48,644 bases of DNA, filler included, from Catajapyx aquilonaris (GCA_000934665.2; 2 parts of 2 records of this genome joined end to end with filler, not necessarily neighbours in it), one strand, 5' to 3'. Shown: positions 1 through 12,782, counted from the first letter of the whole stretch. The notes: generated from the sequence alone by a model not told the origin. Made by a program: numbers and translations.

Positions 1-771
1 ATGAGATGAATTTTCTGAAATCGTCGTACTTCATGAGAAACAAATAAATTTGGGAGTTTTCCGAAGTTTTCCGAAGTGCCAGAAAGCCGCAAGTAAGTAT
101 TAATTTATTTCTCGCAAAGCACGACGATTTCAGCCAATTCCTCTGGCATGGTTCTCAAGGTTGTTATTCCGCATATTTTCACGCATTTCATAATTAAATC
201 CGCCTAAAAGTTGGGTGGCAGTAGTCCAATTTCGAGTTATTATAGCCCTTTTTTGGAAATTAATTTAGGGACTTCTAGACGAGTAAAATGGTTCCAGACA
301 CATTCATAAGGTTTTCCCAATCTCGTAAGTATAGCTGTTATTATTTGCAAAATATCTTGTCCGTATCTTCGGAGTACGCGTAAGCCAAAAACTGTGTGGT
401 TCGGGCCGATCTGGGGCCGAAGGGGTTAACTACCTTAAATGTACGTTTTAGTGAACAATGTGCTGCTCTAAAAACTGGGCCTCTTTTACTACCACCATAA
501 AAATTGACATTAAAAATCCTTCAATTCCCAATCGCCTAATGAGGCCATTAAAAATGTGAAAAAAGTTCAAATTCACAACATTATGATGTATCTAAGTTGA
601 GTGACCTTATGCTATTATTTTAGCTATCACTTTTTAAGTTTATCCTTTTTAAGTTAGTTTATCCACAAAAATGGGCTTTCTACATATTCCTCATCTTATT
701 TCAGTCTCCTTCCAATGGCAATGTTGGGAAGGGTTCAACGTTATAACTACCAAACAGTGTTCCATGCTTAC

Positions 772-902
772 TCTTCGTTTTCTTCTTCCACTTGATCATC
801 AATAAAACTCTCATCTAGGTCACTCAGGCTCATACCATCCGAGTCATCAGATGAAGCACCTCCATCCCTCGAGACATCTGCCTGGCTCTGAACAAATATA
901 GT
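772..902 (-). CDS. FANCM: FANCM exon (acidic EAxVS..SSDD..SFIDD segment); last FANCM exon visible in the window
   Basis: tttcag acceptor (903-904) and gtaag donor (770-771). Reads TIFVQSQADVSRDGGASSDDSDGMSLSDLDESFIDDQVEEENE, resembling the acidic motif in the C-terminal third of FANCM. A 71-bp intron separates it from the large exon, phase 0. Confidence 0.7.
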
Positions 903-973
903 CTGAAACAAATCCAAGTCAGTGGCATAACCAAAGTATCAAAAGGAAATGTTTCATTTCCCCTGACACTAAC

Positions 974-2916
974 CTTCACCTTGCTCTTGCCATACTTTTT
1001 CATCTTCTTTTCTTTTTTTGTTTGTGGCCTGAAGGTTTGTCTCCACCTGGATAATGGTGGTTTGAAATCCCTATCATCATCACTCTCAATGGCAGTCACA
1101 TTGTTTGCCTTCATGGAGGCGTCATCAATTCCATCACAGTTTCCAGATTTATCTATTTTAATTTTTTTGGCCCCTTTTACACCTCCACTACTACTTGCAG
1201 TACTGCTGTCATCACCACTTGAATGCATCTTCGATGCTCTACCTTTGTCTTCCCTCTGATTCTCATCATCATCAGACTTTATGGTACAATCTAATGGTTT
1301 TACTTTTCTCTTCCCCACTAGCTTTGCAACTATGGGTGATTCAGCTGAAGTCTTGCTTGCCAGAGTATTATCTAGGCACCCAAATATGGAATCGGTAGAG
1401 GAGTCTAACACCCCAGTAATCTGGAAATCAGGCTCAAGTTGGGAAACTTTCAATTGATGCAAGTAACGCTGGCTGCATGGCAAAAAGTTTTCATCATCCT
1501 CACATGTGCCAGAAAAGCTCTCTTTAAGTTCAACTTGCTCAGTGGAAGGTGTGGGTCCCTTTTTCAAAGAAGATACTTGGCACTCATCAACAGTAGCTTC
1601 ATTGGCATCATCAACAGTAGTTTCGTTGGCATCATCAGCTGGTGATTCAGAGGGAACCATATCTAGTAGTTGTGAAATGGTATACATCGAGTCACTCAGA
1701 TTTGCCTTCTGCCCAACAGATTTGTCAACCTTGGAATCCAGGTGGGTCACAGGAGTGAGCAAATAGAAGTTAGACTCTTTGTTAATATGGTCCTCATGCT
1801 TCTCACTCTTTGCTTCAGAACATGATGGCAGATTTGGGGTGAGAAAATTAATGGAAGCAGACCCATGCAATTTTTTCCTTGCCTTTGGGGTGGAACATTT
1901 TGTGGTGCTGAATTTACGAAAAGTTGGTGATGAGAAGCGATCTAGTGGTGTAAGATCACTTTCGGGTGGTTCTGTTGGTTTTCTGATGGGAGATGCATCC
2001 AATGTCTCGGGCTTGAGTGATACCTCCACGTGAAGAGCATCCCTGATTGGTCCTGGAAGATCCTCAATAGAACATTTATTTCGTGCTTCTGCTGATGTAT
2101 CCCTCGTCAAACTTCTTACTATTCTCTCACAGTCAGGAGGTATGAGGGGCATGGCAAATTCATGGTGCATTACTGGTGTTGCTTGATCTGAACCGTTTGC
2201 TAATTTTTTCTCTGGAGTCTTCATGTCCTGCTCCTGAATATCCATTGTTTCTCCCAAACACACAGAGGATGGACTATTTCTTCGAGAAGACATGAATTCA
2301 CACCATTCCGGATATACATCCACACCATCATATTCTACGGGAGACCAGGGTGCTTCAGTTCCTGGTTGTGAAAAAAACATGTTTCTTGCATCATGAAGTG
2401 GCAAAGGTTCTGGCTCCAAGAGAGTTGCGTCTCGCGGATGACCACATTCTACTGGTACACTGCTTCGATATGACACACATGCTAAGAAGACCTCATTTAT
2501 TTCATCCAAGAAGTTGAATTCAGTTCCACTGTTCAGTTCTGGTGGAATTGGAAATGGAATAAAACTGCCTGTTGAGGAGGAATCACTTTCGTTCTCTGAA
2601 GTTCTTGCATATGATAATATTAGACCTAGACAATCCAAAGGCGACGCTGTGACATGATCTCCAGTCTGATCATAATTGTCTCTCTCTTCCTCTACTTTCT
2701 CTTTCTGTTTTTTCTGTTCTCTCTGTTTCTCATTCTTCTCTTTCTTCTGTTCCTTTTTTTTAAACCGATTATCAGGTTCAAATTCTTCATCAGACAGCTC
2801 ATTATTTCGAAGGATCTGTGTCAAAAGTTCATCACATTCATTGGAAGGCACTTTCTCTCTCATTACCTCCTGGGTCTGAGGACATGCCACTGAATGCTTC
2901 ATGTTCTCATCCTCAT
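974..2916 (-). CDS. FANCM: FANCM large central exon (low-complexity, S/T-P rich and acidic)
   Basis: 1943-bp stop-free frame (ORF 830..2902). ccttttcag acceptor at 2917-2918 in phase 1 matches the donor at 11025. Donor AAG|gttagt at 973; an in-frame alternative donor lies at 979. Confidence 0.85.
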
Positions 2917-3436
2917 CTGAAAAGGAAAGAGTAGTTTCAACTGAAACTTAACCCCAAGTACCAAAAGTAGTGAAGAGCATTGTGCAAAAGTATGCTACGA
3001 ATAAACAACTTACCACACTTGACTTCACTTCTATTGCTTTCATCATTTAAAGACACTACAGTTGTCAATAGATTACCTGCTGCTATATGACTTTTTGCTA
3101 GAACAATCTCCCATGGTTGTGTACAAAAATAACTTGTACAACACCTGGACTCAACTTAAAAACCCTACCTGATGATTGGTCATGGTAAGTTCAATACAAT
3201 TCACATATCCTTCTTCTCAGATGCTCAGAAAGAATGTTGTACAAGTACATGTCATTGTGTCGCATGTACTTGTCTCCCACTCTTTCATTGGAGCTCGGAT
3301 CCAAATTCACTATTCTTATGGCCTTCCTTCCCCCATTTTGGAATAGTCACCCAAAATCAAGCTACCATGACATACAGGAGTCGCTTATAGATAGATAAAA
3401 AAGCGAGCCAGACAACATACAAAGACCTTGTTTTAA

Positions 3437-3850
3437 AGGGGCACTCCACTCAAAAAACAAGTTTGGCTCTAAAAATTGGGCAAAAAATCCTGAATCTGAA
3501 GGTGCAATCCGTTTTTAGCTATGCGGAATGGTAATCCCAGGGACAGGGGTCAAAGTGGGGAAATTCAAATAGTGCGCTAGAAGCTGGCCGTCCACCAGCG
3601 ATGCCCTCGGGACCTTCGGAACTGGAGGGCTGCTCCTGCCTGCCTGCGCGCTTAGGCCCATCCCAGAGCGGTGCAGCCCTCCAGTTCCCCTGTTCCCTGC
3701 GTGGCGGCGCCGCTCATAAGCAGACGACACACTTTGACACCTTGCCCTGGGATTACCGCTCCGCGTAGCGAAAAACGAATTGCACCGTCGGATTCAGGAT
3801 TTTTTGCCCTATTTTTAGACCCAAACTTGTTTTTTGAGTGGCGTGTCCCT
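3437..3850. mobile_element. Kolobok-like MITE
   Basis: TTAA on both sides, AGGG...CCCT ends, ~120-bp imperfect TIRs. A related element lies at 25352-25827. Confidence 0.75.
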
Positions 3851-4745
3851 TTAAATTCAGGCAAAAATATGTGAAAACTCCAGACATGTCTCATCTAGCA
3901 CGTTTGTAAATTTTGATTCACATCTTAGTGGTAGGAGAGCCAGAAGATATTTAAAGAGAGATTCTCGCATAAATCTTACCATGTCCAACTGTCATAAGGG
4001 TGGGAGCCACATAGTGACATGTGACAGGGAGGAAGGCCCTAATACATGTGCCCTAAAATTGACACTGTTATTGATGGAGAATTCCTCTGATGCCACTGTC
4101 AGCAGAGGCAGACTGTGCACTGGATAGTTGCTCCATCAGTGGGACATAACTAGTCTTTGTGAGTACACTGAAATAAATCATGCTTCCAATCCATTATTAC
4201 AACCTATTCTTCTGTTTCCCCCCTCTATCCCATGAGACTGCATTCCCTTATGGTTGTTGGACCTGGTAAGGCTGTGCAGGGTCTCTCAGGGAATATCTTG
4301 TGGCTCTCCTACCACCCCAATGTGAAGCAATAGATCCCATCCAGGATTGTTTTTCCTCTGACTCCCAAAATCCTTTATCTGAAGTTGTTGGTAAAAATGT
4401 CAGATGAAAATGCTCATCTTTGTTCATATAGATCGGATTCACATTTCACCATTTTCAATTTTGTAATATTTACCACTTTTAAATCACAACAAGACATGCT
4501 AGGAATGTCAGGTAATACTTCTTATTCGTTTCAAGCAATATTAGATTGTGACTAATTTTGCAAGATTCCATTTCTTCACTAAAACAAATAGTTAATAAAA
4601 CAAGTGACTTTGCAATATTGGTTACACAGGTTCAAATGAGGTAATGCAATGGGACAGTATCATTTTGGACATATTAATATCATAAATATTAGTTTTAATC
4701 AACTATTCACATTTCAAAAAATCAGTCGCAATCTATGGCTTGAAC

Positions 4746-5033
4746 CAGGCGGCTGACACTCCCCACCATTTTGTGTGAGCTTAGCTCTGCTCTTCCACTG
4801 AGGGGGGTTGCCACGGCGGCACTAGTCTCGGTACCCAAATTCTGAACCATATTGCATCATCACACATGGGTGCTGACACCTCTGTGTCTGGCTCCGAATA
4901 TCCCTGCCAAGAAAGATGCCACTCTTCTTGGGTACTGAGACTAGCGCTGCCTGTGGCAACCCACCTCGGTGGGGGAGCAGAGCTAAGCTCACAGGGGGAG
5001 CAATGTACTGGTACAGGGAGTGTCAGAGGCCTG
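4746..5033. mobile_element. hAT MITE
   Basis: CAGG...CCTG ends, 8-bp TSD GCTTGAAC (4738-4745, 5034-5041), long imperfect inverted repeats. Confidence 0.85.
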
Positions 5034-5714
5034 GCTTGAACTATTAAAATAAAAATTATCTAACTTTCTTGTAACTCCTGCAGATTTACAAACTGAAAAA
5101 CTTGATCAACTGAGAATTATTCAAACAATGATTTTTGCAGTATCTCAATTGATAGAACAAAACTTTGTTTCATTTCTTCATCTTATGTTATTACAAACAA
5201 TTTTAAAAATAGTAACAATTGGTGAAAAAAACAATCTTGGAGGAGATCTTTTAGTCCTCTGGTAGAGAAGCCCTTTCCAGAATTTTAGAATATTTGTTCA
5301 CAACCCCGGCTGCATAGGTGAACCTCATAGTATTCTTTTGACTGTGCTGTAAAGGTGTGTCAAGCACCAGTGCATTAGGTATTCAGTACCAAACTCAAGC
5401 AACATGTGATTTTACTTGCAGTTCACAATGGGAAAGTCATCGGCAATCATCAATTAAGGTGGCATTATTTCTAGTCTCTTATGGGTCACACAGGACAGTT
5501 AAAATCCATATTGGTGAAAATCTGAATATGAACTCAAGTAGACAATTTGGTGTAACAGTGATGTAGGATGTAGGCTAATGCATGGGGCCCACAAAGCTTT
5601 TCAATTATGGTGTAAAAGTTTCTCAAAGGAATATACGAGGGGCGTTCATAAAGTTCACGCCTTTAGGTTGAAGGAAATTAGAGAAATGGTTCAAATTGCA
5701 CACATGTATTAGTC

Positions 5715-5905
5715 ATTCATCATCATCATCATCATCACCATCACGACATTTCCCCCCACCCCCCTGGAAGAGGAATCAGCAACTATTAAGTTCCTCCAAG
5801 TGACTGGAACACCCACAGGCCAGCGAGAAGAACCAGCATACGGAAATCCACACCCGAACTCCAAGTGCTGTGCAGGACAGAGAGAGAGGCAGACACCCTT
5901 GCAAG
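5715..5905 (-). mobile_element. 5'-truncated non-LTR retroposon 3' end
   Basis: 12-bp TSD CATGTATTAGTC (5703-5714, 5906-5917) and a (GAT)n tail on the minus strand. Confidence 0.7.
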
Positions 5906-6174
5906 CATGTATTAGTCCTTCTCTCTATATTAACCCTGCAAAGCCACAATTTTTCCCACCACTACGACCTAGAGACCAAATTACAGAACAAGCAGTGGAA
6001 ACAAAAAACTCTCCACTGGTGAAGAAGGCCAGAATGCAGCCATCATCTGGGGAGGTGTTTTTTCAGGTCGTAAATCACTGGGAAAATTGTGTGGCTTTGC
6101 AGGTTTCATATAGAGAAAAGGACTAATACATGCATGCAATTTGAACTGTTTCTCTCATTCCCTTCAACCCAAAG

Positions 6175-9100
6175 CACAGTGATTCAGATCCAGGTAAAAC
6201 ATGGTCAAAATGTATTTTTTCTAAATATGTGATTTTGAGCCAAAATCGAGTTATTCACATTCACAAATGTCTAGTCCATCACATAGAACACAATTGATCA
6301 CCCCATCTTGCGGCAAATGCCTGCAGCGCTAAGTGAGAGTTGGGACTACTCGCGCGGCTTATGATCTCGGCGAGAAGCCATGTATACCTACCTTTTTTTG
6401 CGTTCTCAAAGGACAGGAATATTTTCAGTGAAAGAAATAAAAAAAATTTCCTACGTCAACTGTTATCCTTACGTTTACTTTAAACACATATATGTCAGGT
6501 TAAAGTCAAGTGTAGTGCTTTAAAAAATGTGTTAGTCATGCCGTGTGACAGTCAAAAACACGTGCGCATTTTTTTCGTATTTGTCGACCTGCAAGATGCT
6601 CCCTGCCTCTCTCCGTGGTTTGTTTGTGTGCACCTGCACCGTGGTGAGTCACTCTATTGGGTCCACAAAAAAAACCTTGCGCCCACGTGCGCTCCTTCTA
6701 AAAATATATTTTTTTATGCGATCGTGCGTGACTAATTTGGTCACAGGCAGGCCTTACTGGTAGTGTGAAGCGAACTGTGGACATGATCGCACGGGCACTT
6801 TTCTGTCCAAATCCTTCAGTGCAGTGAGTTGTGTGAGTATTTGAATGCCTCTAATTTTAGCTAGTGTCATCAGTAGCACAGCGTAGCTTATGTTTAATAT
6901 GTTCAGGTCCAGGCCAGGATGGTAATTAAGATATCACGAAAGGACCTGTTTGGCATTCTTCATGAACAAGGGGGGGCAGGTCGTGCACAGAAGCAAACAT
7001 ACCTGGAGAATTATTTGATCAAGAAACTGCACCTTGAAGAGGAGTGTGATCAGAAGAAGAATGAGATACACATTTTTGTGTCAAAATTCTGCAGCAAGAT
7101 TTTCTCTAGATGGAATGCTGCACAGAGGCATTATGACAAGTTTATGGTGGAAAACGCTGAGTGGCTCAGCAAAGAAGAAGAATTCCAATGTGCGACTGCG
7201 CCTGCCTCCACGGATGCTGGGCCCTCAACGTCAAACACATGTCAGGCAGGACGGCCGAAGAAAAGCTTCCAGGACAGCAGTGAGAGAAGCAAGAGAAGAA
7301 AAACAGAAGATCTTAGAAAATCTTCCAGTGCAGAAGAATTGTCCTTTGCAGCCCAAATGAAGCAGAGAGAGGAAGGCAACGAGGCTGCTGCCAAATTAAT
7401 GAGTGAAGCCAACTTCACAACCCCAACCAGAGCAACAAAAATGAGAGAGGCCTGGAAAAGAAGAGATGACAACCGACAACATGGGACGTACTCAGAAGAT
7501 GAGGCATTGTTATTGGTACTGGAAGCAGACATGACGCAAAAGCAATACGCCATAATGAGATCTAGCGCGAAGGGGAAGCAGTGTGTCCTGTATCCATCCT
7601 ATCACCATGTACTAGAAGCCAAAAAAAGGTGCTGCCCCTCTGGAGAAGACTGCCTTGTGACGGAAAGTACTGCAGAGGTGAAACTGCAGGCGCTCCTAAA
7701 TCACACAGCAAGTCGAATTATAACAGCACAGGAGGCAGTGGTCACTACATTGCCAGACGTCACCAGCTTTGTGTTGATTTCCAAATGGGGGTGTGATGGC
7801 AGTGGTGGCCACTCCCAGTACAAGCAAAGAAGTTCAGAGAAGGGATTCAGTGATGCAGACTTGTTTGTAACATCTCTTGTGCCTCTGCAGTTGTATGGCG
7901 AAACAGCACAGCCAACTGAGAAGAAGATAATTTGGCAAAATCCAAGACCTTCATCAACTCGCTACTGCAGACCCATCCGCCTCCAGTTTAAAAAAGAAAC
8001 AGCGGAGGTTGTGAAGGAAGAACAGGAGCACATTGCAAAGCAAGCTGAAAGCCTGACACCTAGTAGAGCGAATGTGTCAGGGAGAGATGTCAGCATTGCA
8101 CACAAGCTGTACTTTACTATGGTTGATGGTAAAGTATGCCATGCAGTTACGGACACGGCATCCACCCAGAAATGTTATGTGTGTGGTGCAACTCCGAAGG
8201 AGATGAATAACAATGACAACATGATGAAGAAAGAAGCAGATCCAACCAGGTTACATTTTGGATTGTCGACACTGCACGCTTGGATTAGATTCATGGAATG
8301 CTTCCTGCATATTTCCTACAGGTAAGAACTAAAAATTATTTGTGCCGGTACCACTTGTATAAGAGAATGATGAGGTTCCCTCTTCACCTTGCAGGTTAGA
8401 CGTAAAGAAATGGCAGGCACGTGGAGAAGCAGACAAAAAGAGTGTTCAAGACAGGAAAACTAGGATCCAGAAGCAATTTAGAGCGGAATTGGGGCTCCTG
8501 ATTGACCAACCAAAACCTGGAGGATGTGGGAATTCCAATGACGGTAACACTGCGAGGAGATTTTTTCAGGAAGCCTCTTTGTCCGCAAAAATTACAGACC
8601 TGGACGAGACTCTCATTCGGCGCTGTGCTACAATTCTGCGAGCAATTTCATCAGGCTACGATATTGACGCACAAGCTTTTGACGCTTATGCCCTTGAGAC
8701 AGCTCGAAGTTTTGTCTCAAAATATCCATGGTTTTATATGCCTACTACTGTGCACAAAATATTGTTGCATGGCTCCATTATAATTTCGGTTTCAATTCTA
8801 CCTATTGGAATTATGTCAGAGGAAGCACAGGAGGCACGGCATAAGGACATCAGGCATATACGGGAACACCACACCAGCAAGTGCTCCAGGACGGCCACAA
8901 ATGAAGACCTCCTGCACAGATTACTGGAGACTTCCGATCCTCACATTTCATCTATGAGACCACTGCCAAGGAGGAAGGCTAGCAGCATTCCAGCAGAAGT
9001 GCGCCAGCTTCTAAAATCACCGAGAAGTGAAGTTGGATTGGAGCAATCAGATGTGGAAGACAATATCAGCAGTGATAGTGGCCATAGTGATATCAGTGAT

Positions 9101-9392
9101 TAAAATATTTAAAGGTGACTTTTAACTATTAACTTTTCTAAACATTTAACTATATATATAACTTATATGGATTTAAATTTAGCAACCTAATAAACCTAGG
9201 ACAACACTTGTTAAGAAATCAGAGAAGTTTTCTATTTTATATCTGCCATCTTGGACCAGTCATTTTGAATTTCATACACCTGACTTCATATTCGGATTCA
9301 GCAACCTTACAAACCCCAATTTCCCAATTTTCATGTAAATACAACAATCTTGGACATTTTGTCTATGTTTTACGTCGATCTGAATCACTGTG
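6175..9392 (+). mobile_element. full-length Transib DNA transposon
   Basis: 39-bp TIRs (35/39 identical) starting CACAGTG, 5-bp TSD CAAAG (6170-6174, 9393-9397), encodes a Transib transposase. Confidence 0.95.
6919..9103 (+). CDS. Transib (RAG1-core-like) DDE transposase, 2 exons (6919-8321, 8395-9103), 703 aa
   Basis: A 73-bp GT-AG intron (8322-8394) joins LHISYR|LDVKKWQAR in frame. Motifs: KWGCDGS (D293), PSSTRYCRP, TMVDGK (D403), CYVC, LHAWIR, NDGNTARRFF, VHKILLH, SEEAQE (E614). No stops or frameshifts. Confidence 0.93.
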
Positions 9393-9499
9393 CAAAGGCG
9401 CGAACGTTATGAACTCCCCTCGTATGCAAGATTTTCGCTGATATCAATAATTTCACCTAAATTTTTAGATATTGGTCCTATGCCGCCTCGGTGCCTGTG

Positions 9500-9830
9500 T
9501 CTATATATGGGCGAAGTTGGACCGCAGCACTCTGCACTGGAGCTGCCGCATCTATCGTTTCATCCATCGTCGTGCATCGCATCCCGGATGGATTATGACC
9601 ATCAATCCGGTTGTGTGAACAAGACCGTCTCGCCACCCATGATGGACGCTGTGTAGTGCCATTGTGAGAGATGACCCTGCCCTTGTGCCTGGGGCTACAT
9701 GTCTACCAGAAGAGCTTGTACATCATCCCGCCATCCACAACCCCGGTGATCTTGGGGCTGGATTTTCTAAGGTATTGGGAGTGTTCCATCGACATCAGCA
9801 GACAGCTGTTGGTGGGTGCAGTCCCATCGG
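9500..9830 (+). pseudogene. decayed retropepsin-like (LTR retrotransposon protease) fragment
   Basis: PVILGLDFLRYWECSIDI matches the ILGxDFL motif of retroviral-type aspartic proteases. No clear DSG/DTG catalytic motif upstream. Confidence 0.4.
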
Positions 9831-11024
9831 ACGGTACCAGTAGCGGCCCATATGCTTTTTCCCTGCATATCGAGATGTTTAATCACCTGGCACCCGACCA
9901 AGTAGCTGTAATATCGGAAGCGAGTGGAGCTACTGCCCTTCCCAGGATGAACTGGGCGGACGACAACGCTGACCAAGGACAGCCCCCATCGTATAGTGAA
10001 TCCCTCCCCCACCGTTTGGGAGGTGAACCATCAGAGGATGGGGATTGCGATGTTTAATTCATCATGAAGAACCTACATCTGTTTTCTTATTTTTGGACGG
10101 GTTGCCATTGTCCTTTTTGACCATCCCGTTATTTATTTTGTGCGTGCAGATGGAACCAGTGATGAAGAACATCCCCTTGAACTGTATTTGATTTCGAAGG
10201 GTGGGTTGTATCTCCGGTTGGAGGTGTGTGACCTTCCTGAATAACAGGGGGTCTTTAGCCCATTCCATCACCCTTTATTTTCGAGTTGTTGTTGCCTCCC
10301 CATTTACCAATGTGAGATGTACCGTTGCATTGGCGAGGTTGACCTATTTTTCCATCTATGTATATACCGTTAGCTACAAAGGTCTGGTAACCATCATGCA
10401 ACCTGTTCAATACATCAATCCTGTTTCACCTTCTACCCATCATGCATTGTCCTCACCTTACTATTTAACCAACCACCCACGTATACTCCAGGCCAGTTCC
10501 CCGGGAGCATATCCCGGGGGCTAGTCGTTACTCCCGACCTATCACTCTTTACCCATTTCACCTATCCCTTCCTGACTTTTGTTTGTAACGCACGTTTCAA
10601 GGCAGAATAAATCAAAGTACAATGGACCCACTGTTTAATGTGATGCATTCACGTCACACGCAGACCTTTATTTTTAAATGTTTACATTCAAAGGAGCTTG
10701 TGCTGCTGCAATACCTTGGTCCGTGGGATTGTGGGAAAGCGGAGGTTCCCAAGAGAGGGGGCTGTTGTAGTTTTAAGTCATTTCAGACCAATCATTTGTA
10801 CATTAATAATATATGGATGCCCAATTAGCAACATGTTATTATTGCATTAGACATGAACACTTTCTAGGGGTTAGGCATCTCACCCCAACTCCTTTACACA
10901 AAATCCAATTCATCACACAACTCCAGAAAAAGTGTTTAAAAATAAACAATTGTTGTGCACCATCCTCATGCACAAATGTCATGCTCAAGAAACACTGCTT
11001 AATGTTAATCTAGACAATAGTTAC

Positions 11025-11252
11025 CTTCCTCCATACCAAGCCCAACACTTGTGTAGGCAGCCACATCCCAGCCAGAACAGGATCCTCCACCATCCACTGA
11101 GTCCAAGCCGTCAGCTACATCAAGCATCTTGGACAGGACGAGCACCTTCGCTGAATGGTCCACATAACAGCTGTGCATCAGGTAACGGGGGTCAGAAAGC
11201 ACATCAGAATTCAAGCTCATTTTCCTGAGACCATCCATGCCATCAGCAAGAC
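11025..11252 (-). CDS. FANCM: FANCM exon (VDHS motif region)
   Basis: ttttag acceptor, GAAG|gtaact donor, 228 bp, phase 1 at both ends. RKMSLNSDVLSDPRYLMHSCYVDHSAKVLVL resembles the FANCM LSL..VDHS segment. Confidence 0.8.
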
Positions 11253-12053
11253 CTAAAACAACCACATGGATCAACTCGTGTGTGATGGTTAGATGGAGAG
11301 GAGTTAGAATGTTGTAAAATGTAAAATTTCTAGTGGGTATATATGCTACTGGGAATGTGTGAAAAGCAGACTTTTTTTGGCAAAGTATGAAATGAGGGGT
11401 CTGGTGGAAAAACAAGATAACTGACATTTTTGTCATTTTTTATCTAAACACCTAGCAACTATGTAAAAGACATGACGAAGATTTTGGTATACTCAAAGTT
11501 CACATATCATGCAGGAGACGGCAACACGGCCTGGATGATAACCAACATGCCATATTTTCTGGCACCTCCTCAAAAGGAAAAACCTGACAACTGACCCTAT
11601 TTTTATACCCTTCGCATTCTTCCATTTAATACAGGGTGTAACAAAGGTTTCTGGCCCAGTCAATATTACACAAGGGAAATTGTCAGTTTTTTAAAGTTAC
11701 CCTCATTGTTTATGTTGATATTGTATTCCCATAGTCTCCAATTGCAGCAACAATTCATATCATTGTTATTTGTTTCGACCATTTCCATTAATAAACACCA
11801 AGTTGTATTGATGTACTCTGATTTGCATTATGCAAAAACTTTTATGTCCATAGCCATTGGACACAGCAACTGTGACCTCAGCCAGTTGATGCCCAGGATG
11901 AGGAAGGCCAAGGGAGAAAATCTGTGAATGTGGCTGGAATTTGAGAATGTGGCCGATTCACAAATTCTGATCTGAATGCGGATTTTCCCCAAATTTCATG
12001 GTAAACTATTATGACAGGAAACCTGGACTATCAGAAGTGTTGTGCACAGTGTG

Positions 12054-12283
12054 TTCAAGAACAATGAAGAGCTGAAAAAGCGTGTGATAGATTGGCACAG
12101 TCAGTACCCAGGTGGCAACCTTCTATGGGAAAGGCATACAAAAAATGGTACCACGTTATGACATGTGATTCAATCAGGAAGGTGACTATGTGGAAAAGTA
12201 GCATAAGAATGTAGCTAACTTTTGCAAGTGTTAAAATGTATTTCATTCACAGCTCATCGGAACTTACTAAAAAACAGCCCTCA
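12054..12283 (+). pseudogene. mariner transposase C-terminal remnant plus right TIR
   Basis: FKNNEELKKRVIDW...FYGKGIQKMVPRYDM*FNQEGDYVEK* followed by GAACTTACT...CAGCCCTCA|TA. Confidence 0.75.
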
Positions 12284-12544
12284 TAATATTATGCAATCAG
12301 GAGCTGTCTTCCCAAATGAATGAAAGGAGTGTGCCATTGCAAGCCAACCGCAAGACACTCTTCTTATCATTGATCAACAACTTGCAAGTCACTTGCACCA
12401 TGCCTCTTATCTGCTCTCATTTGTAAATCTGGTCTCTGGTGGTTATATGGTAAAACACAATATCCTGATAATAATCAGTTTTAAAGAAAAAGCAATGCAG
12501 ATCATGCAGTCCACATTTGAATTCTAACTTCATTTACATTAATG

Positions 12545-12753
12545 CAGTGGTTTCCAACCTGGGGGTCACGAGCCTTTGCTCAACTTTTTTTTTTTTGCAA
12601 TTTCTGTATAAATTGAACAATTTTTGCAGTCGTACAGAGTGTATGTTGTCTGGAAATTGGGCAGTTGTANGGGGGGGGGGGGGGGGGGGGGGGGTCCACA
12701 TTTATGGAAACATGTTTAGGGGGTCGCAGTTGGTAAAAGGTTGGAAACCACTG
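12545..12753. mobile_element. hAT (Charlie-like) MITE
   Basis: CAGTGGTTTCCAACC...GGTTGGAAACCACTG with 8-bp TSD CATTAATG. Confidence 0.9.
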
Positions 12754-12782
12754 CATTAATGCAACTCAACTGATCCTGGCAT

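Larger units (their letters stand above)
5636..9422. mobile_element. mariner-type MITE hosting a LINE 3' fragment and a Transib
   Basis: TA|CGAGGGGCGTTCATAAAGTT left end. The right TIR is split into 6121-6174 and 9398-9422 and ends ...GAACTCCCCTCG|TA. Confidence 0.85.

Noticed and set aside
1..429. GGGG|TTAA at 422-429 as a piggyBac-like right end
   Set aside because: The partner end is outside the window, so it cannot be confirmed.
830..973. C-terminal tail of the 690-aa ORF (VSVRGNETF...)
   Set aside because: Read-through into a 71-bp intron and the wrong frame of the next exon.
4248..4442. Candidate extra FANCM exon
   Set aside because: Overlaps an inverted repeat shared with ~3928-3950, has no FANCM-like motif, and the flanking exons already splice in phase.
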